Assembly: GCA_050248855.1 (NCBI GenBank)
Contig: JBFWRP010000035.1
Location: forward strand, 1-46,115
Length of the DNA: 46,115 bases
Origin: Planctomycetota bacterium
GTDB lineage: Bacteria; Planctomycetota; PLA2; JAEUHO01
Direction: 5' to 3'
Part shown: positions 36,938 to 46,115 of the stretch, one piece after another
Layout of the letters: each line of letters opens with the position of its first letter
Position numbering within the stretch: the first letter of the stretch is position 1
Translations under genes and position numbers: made by a program
The notes under the pieces: generated by a model
What the model was told of the DNA's origin: nothing
What the model saw: the letters and a program-made list of their open reading frames with translations, nothing else
The model's database searches: none

Positions 36938-38137
36938 ATGGTGGAGAACGTGGACACCTCCAGCGGACCGGGCCGGCGCATCTACCTCGACCACGTGGGC
37001 GGTGCTCCCTGGCGCCCGGGGGTGGCCGAGGCGCTGGCCCAGGCATCCGCGACCTTCGCCCATCCGAGCTCGCCCCACCGCGAGGGGCAGCGCGCCCGGG
37101 CCCTCCTGGAGGCGGCGCGCACGCGGAGCGCCGCCGTCTTCGGCTGTCCCCCGCGCGAGCTCGTGTTCACCTCGGGAGCCACGGAGGCCCTGGGAATCGG
37201 GCTCGTGGGGCTCGCGCGTGCGCGGGCCGCCGTGTCCCGGCGCGTGCTGGTCCCCGTGATCGAGCACGTGGCCATCACCGCCGCGGCCGCGCGCTTGGCC
37301 GCCGAGGGGTTCGAGATCGTGCCCGTCCCGGTCCGACGCCAGGGCCGCGTCGACCCGGACGAGCTCGGCGCCCGCCTGGCCGGCGGGGCTGCCGCCGGGG
37401 CGCTCATGGCCGCTCATCACGAGACCGGCGTCCGCCAGCCGCTCGAGGAAGCCGGCGCCCTGTTCGCGGAGGCGGGCGTGCCGTGGGTGTGCGACGCCGC
37501 CCTGGCAGCCGGACGCATCCCCTTCCAAGTCAACGACCTGGGTGCGCCGATCTGCGCGTGGTCCGGGTCCAAGGTGGGGGCGCCCGCCGGCCTCGGTTGG
37601 CTGCGCGTCCAGCAGGGGACGCGCTTGGAGCGCTCGCCCTCCGCCGCCGGCGTCGAGGAGGAGGGCCTGCGCGGCGGCCACATCCCCGTGATGCTCGCGG
37701 CAGCGGGCGCCGTGGCTCTCGAAGACGCGGCGCGCGACGTGTCGTCGCGCGCCGCCGCGCTGGATGCATGGATCGAACAGCTGATCGAGCTACTGGCCAC
37801 GCGGTCCGAGCTCGAGGTGATCGGGGTGCGCGGTTCCCATCTTCCCGGCGTGCGAACGCTGCGGCTTGGTGATGCCCATGGTGATGCGCTGGCCACGGCG
37901 CTCGACGTCGAGGGCATTGCCGTCGCATCGGGAAGCCCGTGTGCGTTGGGTGGAACCGATCCACAGCCCGGCTTGCTCGCGATGGGCTACACCGCACGTG
38001 AAGCGGCAAGTACCGTGCGCATCTCGATCGGCAACAGCACGATCCATGAGGATGCAAGCATCGTCGCCACCGCATTCGTACGCATTCTCGAACGCTTGGA
38101 CGCCTTGCGCGCCGGCCACGGATCCTCGCGGCGATGA
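36938..38137 (+). CDS. Cysteine desulfurase family (IscS/NifS-like, divergent)
   Basis: IYLDH, FTSGATEA, EH, HHETG, SGSK and ASGSPC motifs. Confidence 0.87.
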   Translation: MVENVDTSSGPGRRIYLDHVGGAPWRPGVAEALAQASATFAHPSSPHREGQRARALLEAARTRSAAVFGCPPRELVFTSGATEALGIGLVGLARARAAVSRRVLVPVIEHVAITAAAARLAAEGFEIVPVPVRRQGRVDPDELGARLAGGAAAGALMAAHHETGVRQPLEEAGALFAEAGVPWVCDAALAAGRIPFQVNDLGAPICAWSGSKVGAPAGLGWLRVQQGTRLERSPSAAGVEEEGLRGGHIPVMLAAAGAVALEDAARDVSSRAAALDAWIEQLIELLATRSELEVIGVRGSHLPGVRTLRLGDAHGDALATALDVEGIAVASGSPCALGGTDPQPGLLAMGYTAREAASTVRISIGNSTIHEDASIVATAFVRILERLDALRAGHGSSRR

Positions 38138-38500
38138 TCGTTCCAGAGCCGTGTTTCCAAGGCTCTCGACTTGACGCTGTGTTCGGTCCGGTCGAATCGC
38201 GGCATCGATTCCGGTCGTTGACGGACATGCGGCGACTTCGTTACCTTGCGCACGCGACGACGCCGTGATGCGCGCCGCGTACGAGCCACGTCCGTGGCGA
38301 GCACGCGGGCACGCTCACCAAGACGTGTCGGCCCGCGGTGCGGTGGAGGGAGGTCCGCCGGTCGGGTCGCCGGGGCGTCGGGCTGTCGTCGTGGATCGCC
38401 GCCGGCGCGGGGGGCCGTGCCGGAGCGTCTCGTCGTTGCGCCGCGGACAGGGCGCGCACCGGCGACGGCGTGGTGATTCGTCGAGGGCGGGGCACTCGAG

Positions 38501-39937
38501 ATGCGGGAAGGGGCACGGCCGGTGAACGAACGACTTGGCGCAGGGACCTTGGGGTCGGCAGAGGATCGCTTCCAGCAGGTGCTCGGCACGCTGCAGCGAG
38601 GCATGGAGGCGCAGCAGTGGCGGACGTGGTTCCGCAACATGCGCCTTGGCAGCTGGGCCGACGGCCAGCTCAAGATCCACTTGCCCAACCGCTTCTACCA
38701 GGAGTGGTTCCAGAGCAAGTTCCACGACCGTGTCCGTGCGGCTGCCGAGAAGCACACGGACGGACCTGTCCAGGTCTTGTTCGTCGTCGAGCACGAGGAG
38801 GGCCTTGCCGGCCCGGAGGGCCACGCCGTGGCCGAACCAGCCCCCGCGCCCCTGTTCACGGCCCCCGAGCCGGCGCCGGCCTCGGAGGCGGCCTGGGCCG
38901 ACGACCTCTTCGATGCGACGCCGCTGAACCCGCACTACACGTTCCGCGACTTCGTCACCGGCCCCAGCAACGAGATGGCGTACGCCAGCGCGCGTGGCGT
39001 CGCCGACGAGCCGGGTACCAACTACAACCCGCTCTTCATCCACGGCGCGGTCGGCTTGGGCAAGACCCACCTGCTGCACGCGATCGGCAACGAGTTCCGC
39101 CGCCGCTTCCCCGAGCAGCGGATGTGCATCCTCTCCTGCGAGGAGTTCACCAACGCCTTCATCCACGCCCTGGGCCACAACCAGGTCGAGGCGTTCCGCG
39201 AGCGCCTGCGCCGCGTGCACCTGCTGATCATCGACGACATCCACTTCCTGGCGAACAAGGAGCGTACGCAGGAGGAGTTCTTCAACACCTTCAACCGCCT
39301 GCACCAGCTCGGCTGCCAGATCGTGCTCTCTTCCGATGCGGCCCCCAGCGACATCCCCGCCTTGAAGGAGCGGTTGGTGTCCCGCTTCAACTGGGGCCTG
39401 GTCACCTGTCTCGAGCAGCCCGAGACCGAGACCCGGATGGCCATCCTGACGCGCAAGGCCCACCAGTTCGGCATCACGCTCCCGAGCGACGTCGTGGAGT
39501 TCATCGCGGTCCACTTCCGCAACAACATCCGCGAGCTCGAAGGCGCCGTGCAGAGCATCAAGGCGCGCGCCGACATCGAAGGGGGCGTCGTGGACCTCGC
39601 CCTGGCCGAGCGCGCCCTGGCCGGCCGCATCCGGATGCCCGAGCGCAAGCTGGACGTCGACACGATCGCCGCCGCCGTCTGCGCCCACTACCAGGTGGAG
39701 GCCGGTGACCTGAAGAGCCGCCGCCGGACCCGCAACATCAGCGTCCCCCGCCAGGTCGCCATGTACCTGGCCCGCGAGCTGACCCACCTCTCCCTGCAGG
39801 AGATCGGGGCGTGGTTCGGCGGACGGGACCACACGACCGTCCTCTTCGGCGTCCAGAAGACCGAGGAACGCATGCGCCAGGACCCCCGCTTGGCCCAGCT
39901 GCTGGGCCGCCTGCGGGACCGCCTCGGCGCCCCGTAG
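38501..39937 (+). CDS. dnaA: Chromosomal replication initiator DnaA
   Basis: YNPLFIHGAVGLGKTHL, LLIIDDI, QEEFF, RELEGA and GGRDHTTV motifs. Start may be GTG 38522. Confidence 0.98.
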   Translation: MREGARPVNERLGAGTLGSAEDRFQQVLGTLQRGMEAQQWRTWFRNMRLGSWADGQLKIHLPNRFYQEWFQSKFHDRVRAAAEKHTDGPVQVLFVVEHEEGLAGPEGHAVAEPAPAPLFTAPEPAPASEAAWADDLFDATPLNPHYTFRDFVTGPSNEMAYASARGVADEPGTNYNPLFIHGAVGLGKTHLLHAIGNEFRRRFPEQRMCILSCEEFTNAFIHALGHNQVEAFRERLRRVHLLIIDDIHFLANKERTQEEFFNTFNRLHQLGCQIVLSSDAAPSDIPALKERLVSRFNWGLVTCLEQPETETRMAILTRKAHQFGITLPSDVVEFIAVHFRNNIRELEGAVQSIKARADIEGGVVDLALAERALAGRIRMPERKLDVDTIAAAVCAHYQVEAGDLKSRRRTRNISVPRQVAMYLARELTHLSLQEIGAWFGGRDHTTVLFGVQKTEERMRQDPRLAQLLGRLRDRLGAP

Positions 39938-40467
39938 CTGCCTCGATCTGCATCCCCGCAAGGCCCGATCCCGCCACCGGCCCGCCGCGGGCGCGGGCGG
40001 GGGTCTGCCCGCAGTTCTCTCCACATCGAGGTACGGCATGCAACCACTTGTCAGCTCGTCACTTGCGTCATCGCTACCCAAGTTGTCCACAAGGGTGATG
40101 CGTGACGCCTCGACGGTCGTATTCGTGGGGATGGGCGGGCGAGGTCGGTGGAGGTCTCGTCGAGTCCGGGCCCCGGCCCAGGCCCGGCTTGGGGCACCCC
40201 CTTCCCAGAGCCTGGAGGGGCCGGAATGCCTGCCCTGCCGGAGGCGGAGAAGCCTAGAATGTCGGGGACGTTCCCAGCGGCTTGCGGAGGTGGGCACGGC
40301 GCCCCTAACCCCTTGGGAAGAATCGACTTCGGTGCCCGCCGGAAGGGCTGTCCCCACAATCCGACGCCCGTCGATGCGATGACGGACGAAGACAGGTATC
40401 TCCTCTTGGAACCACTTGTGATCGAAGCGGTTGCCTCGAGGCCCGCCAGCTGTTCGGGAGGCTTTCG
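39938..40467. other. Probable replication origin (oriC)
   Basis: 530-bp dnaA-dnaN spacer with DnaA-box-like CTCTCCACA (40017), TTGTCCACA (40083) and GTCCCCACA (40350), then a GAN-rich tract. Confidence 0.7.
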
Positions 40468-41577
40468 ATGAAGGTCACGCTGCCCACCGGTCGCCTCCTC
40501 GAAGCGGTCGGCCACGCCGCGGCCGTGGCGTCCTCGAAGAGCACCAAGCCGATCTACGAGTGCGTCGCGCTGCGGGCCGACAAGACGACGGGGCTTTCCC
40601 TTGAGGCCACGGACCTGGACGTGGGCATTCGCGTCCATGTCGAGGACAGCGTCACCACGGACGCGGGCGAGGTGGCCGTCCCGGCGGCGCGGCTCCTTGC
40701 CATCGTCCGCGAGATCGAGGAGGACGAGACAACGCTCGCCACCTCCGACCGTGGGCTCGAGATCAGCACCGCGGGCAGCCGCTTCACGGTACGTCACGAA
40801 GACATCTCGGAGTTCCCGACGATCGGGCGCTTCCCCGAGAAGAGCGCGGTGCGCGTCCCGTCCGGCGAGCTGCGCGAGATGGTCCGACGCACGGCGTTCG
40901 CGGCCGCGCGCGAGCCGGGTCGCTTCGCGCTGCACGGCATCCAGATGACGGTCGGCGGCGGCACGCTGCGTCTCGTGGCCACGGACGGCCGCCGGTTGGC
41001 GTGGATCGAGCGCCCGCTCCCCGGCGGCGGCCCGAAGGAACCCCTGACCTTGCTGGTCGGACCGAAGGCCTTGCTGCTCTTGGAGCGGGCCTTGGGGAGC
41101 GGACTGCATGGCGACCTCGAGCTGGCGCTCGTGGATCGGCTCCTGCTCGCGCGGAGCGGCAGTCTCCTGGTGACCAGCCGTCTGATCGATGGTTCGTTCC
41201 CGGCCGTCGACGGCGTGATCCCCGCAGCGAGCACGAAGCCGTTGCGCGTCGGCGTGGCGGCCCTCTCGGCAGGTCTGCGCCGTGCGTCCCTGCTGACCAC
41301 GCGCGAGGCCAGCAGCGTCGAGCTCAACGTGGGGCCGGACGGGCTCGAGGTCCGCAGTCGCGCGCAGGAGCTGGGCGAGGCCCAGGTCGAGATCCCCATC
41401 CGCTACGACGGCCCTGCGCTTCGCATCGGCTTCAACCCCACCTACATCCAGGAAGCGTTGAAGGCCATGGACCCGGCGTCGGACGTCGAGATCGGCCTCT
41501 CCGATGCCAAGAGCCCGGCGCGGATCTCCGATGCGGCCGACTACGTGTACGTGGTCAGCCCGGTGTCGCTGGAGTAG
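40468..41577 (+). CDS. dnaN: DNA polymerase III beta clamp
   Basis: ATDLDVG, VATDGRRLA, SRLIDGSFP and IGFNPTY motifs. Confidence 0.97.
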   Translation: MKVTLPTGRLLEAVGHAAAVASSKSTKPIYECVALRADKTTGLSLEATDLDVGIRVHVEDSVTTDAGEVAVPAARLLAIVREIEEDETTLATSDRGLEISTAGSRFTVRHEDISEFPTIGRFPEKSAVRVPSGELREMVRRTAFAAAREPGRFALHGIQMTVGGGTLRLVATDGRRLAWIERPLPGGGPKEPLTLLVGPKALLLLERALGSGLHGDLELALVDRLLLARSGSLLVTSRLIDGSFPAVDGVIPAASTKPLRVGVAALSAGLRRASLLTTREASSVELNVGPDGLEVRSRAQELGEAQVEIPIRYDGPALRIGFNPTYIQEALKAMDPASDVEIGLSDAKSPARISDAADYVYVVSPVSLE

Positions 41578-41582
41578 TGGGC

Positions 41583-44422
<2,840 letters not shown>

Positions 44423-44507
44423 GGCGTGTTCGGGATTTGTAGGGGGTGGCCCGCCGCGCCCTACGGGCCCGGCGCCGGACGGCCGATAGGGGTGCGCGAG
44501 GAGCGCC

Positions 44508-45041
44508 ATGGACCCCTACGACCGGTTCACCCGCCGATCTTTGCGCGACGTACTCGTCGCCGACGGCGTCCTGACCAACGAGCAGGCCGACGACCTCGTC
44601 GAGTCTGCCTACGAAACGTCCGAGCCCTTCGGGTACGTCGTGGTCGAGAGCGGCCATCTGACGCCGTGGGAGCTGATGAAGCGCGTCGCGGCGTCCTACC
44701 AGATGCCCGTGGTGCCGCTCGAAGGCTACCGCCTGCCGACGGACCTGATCGAGTCGGTCCCGGCCACGCTGCTCTACCAGCATCAAGTGCTGCCGCTCGG
44801 CCGCTTCGGCCAGTCCTTCACCTGGGCCTGCGCCATGCCGCCGACCAAGGACCTGATCGACTCGCTGCGCGAGCACTGCGGTCCCAGCCACTTCTTCTTC
44901 CTGGCGGACATGACCATGATCCAGCGGCTGCTGCAGGACAACGTCCGCGTGCTGGACGTGACGGCGGACGACGCCTGGACGGGCGTGTTCGATGCCGGCG
45001 AAGAGGCCGTGCGCGAGGAGGTCGGCGACGAGGCCGTCTAG
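44508..45041 (+). CDS. Stand-alone MshEN/GspE N-terminal-like domain protein
   Basis: RSLRDVLVADGVLT and PFGYVVVESGHLT tandem motifs; HQVLPL...CAMP; GAGGAG RBS. Confidence 0.75.
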   Translation: MDPYDRFTRRSLRDVLVADGVLTNEQADDLVESAYETSEPFGYVVVESGHLTPWELMKRVAASYQMPVVPLEGYRLPTDLIESVPATLLYQHQVLPLGRFGQSFTWACAMPPTKDLIDSLREHCGPSHFFFLADMTMIQRLLQDNVRVLDVTADDAWTGVFDAGEEAVREEVGDEAV

Positions 45042-45068
45042 CGTGGTGGGGCAGAAGTCCGTTTGCAT

Positions 45069-45215
45069 CTCCCGGTGCTGCGGGCTGGACTGGGGGCGAT
45101 CAGGCCGCTACGTCAGCCCCGAGTAACGGATACGAGTCGGCCTCCTCATCGGCCTTCTGCTCACCATCCAGCCCTCCGATCGGCGTCGGTCGCCCCGAGC
45201 ACACAGGACCGGGAG
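45069..45215. ncRNA. Candidate structured RNA (6S-like rod)
   Basis: CTCCCGGT/ACCGGGAG closing stem, nested stems and a central bubble. Confidence 0.35.
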
Positions 45216-45365
45216 TCACGGCCGTGCGGCTCAGTACAAGTCACCGGACTCCTGGAGCGGGACACTGGCCCGGAAGCTCCATGTGCGCCGGTTGAGACGC
45301 GAGGACACACCGCAGCTTGGGCGAATCCCGCCGCGCGCTCGATGAAGCACCCGGGCTACCGCGCG

Positions 45366-45974
45366 TCAGCGCAAGTCGGGAAGCCAGCGGAAGATCGGCC
45401 ACGTGGCCAACCGGTCGGCCCAGCGGCCGAGCGCGGTGGGGGCCTGGGGCACGCTGCTCCCGACGTGCCATTGGGTGCCATCGGCATACGTGACGCGTAC
45501 GGCGTAACGACGCGCGTCGATCGGCACCATCAGCTCGCGGACTTGCGCCACCAGGCCACCTTTCGCCTGTCGCAGCTCCAGGGGCGCGCTCTGCTCCCAC
45601 TTGGCGAGGTCCTTCTCCGAGCGGTCGGCGGTGACGAACACCTCGACCCGCGCCACGCCCTGGCCCGTCCAGGTGAAATCGACCGTCAAGGGCCAACCGT
45701 GCTCCGTGGTCGGCCCTCGCCGCGTGGCGAGGCGGTAGGACTCGGGGTGCGGGTGGTCCTCGCCGCCGAACGTGGCCCCGATCTTCTTGAGGTAGCCGTG
45801 GCGGAGCCACTGGAACTCGTGGCCAGGCACCTCGGGCGCCTCGACCGGGTCGCGCGTCGAGAGCGTGGGAAGGTCCGGTGGGATCGGGTCGCCTGCCCAC
45901 ATGCGTACGGCACTCCCTGCCAGCGCCGTGAGCACGAGCAGGACGAGCAGGGGCGTGAGGACGTTGCGCAGCAT
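45366..45974 (-). CDS. Hypothetical exported protein
   Basis: Signal-peptide-like N-terminus, high GC3. Confidence 0.75.
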   Translation of the reverse strand: MLRNVLTPLLVLLVLTALAGSAVRMWAGDPIPPDLPTLSTRDPVEAPEVPGHEFQWLRHGYLKKIGATFGGEDHPHPESYRLATRRGPTTEHGWPLTVDFTWTGQGVARVEVFVTADRSEKDLAKWEQSAPLELRQAKGGLVAQVRELMVPIDARRYAVRVTYADGTQWHVGSSVPQAPTALGRWADRLATWPIFRWLPDLR

Positions 45975-45993
45975 GGCAGTTCGCCCGGTCTAG

Positions 45994-46115
45994 GAGCCTG
46001 CGCCACAGATCGCGTGCACGGCGCCACCCCCGTCCTGCAGCTCGGATTCCTGGATTCCAGCTTCGGCGAAGCACGTGAATCGGCTTGAACGCCCTTTCGC
46101 TCGGTCGGCGCGGGC
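45994..46115. mobile_element. End of a second IS copy, truncated by the window edge
   Basis: CTAG (45990-45993) followed by GAGCCTGCGCCACAGA, the inverted counterpart of 105-120. Confidence 0.72.

Noticed and set aside
45100..45218. tmRNA (minus-strand frame ending ADEEADSYPLLGADVAA)
   Set aside because: There is no tRNA-like T-arm or CCA end, so the resemblance is probably coincidental.

Overview
High-GC bacterial chromosomal segment containing the replication origin region. The gene content (dnaA-dnaN-DUF721-gyrB without recF, FGE-domain, DUF2203 and GATase-like proteins) suggests an uncultured Planctomycetota-like organism, which is an inference. Both window ends run into copies of an IS element (16-bp terminal inverted repeat next to CTAG, IS1182-like transposase start), so the window is probably a contig broken at IS repeats. 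Core content: tRNA-Ser(TGA), rarD, rpmH (missed by the ORF track), an orphan parB with variant parS sites, a trpG-pyrF-methyltransferase-bshC-bshB1-bshA-sigma70-hemW operon, and dnaA-oriC-dnaN-dciA-gyrB. Highlights: (1) a hidden exported thioredoxin-fold selenoprotein (in-frame UGA in a U-N-P-C motif with a SECIS-like hairpin) that the ORF track splits in two; (2) a compact bacillithiol operon with a candidate N-methyltransferase; (3) GTAG-tagged REP/MITE-like palindromic elements; (4) a 6S-like structured RNA candidate; (5) a glyoxalase fused to a histone-H1-like tail. All calls come from reading motifs by eye; no searches were run.
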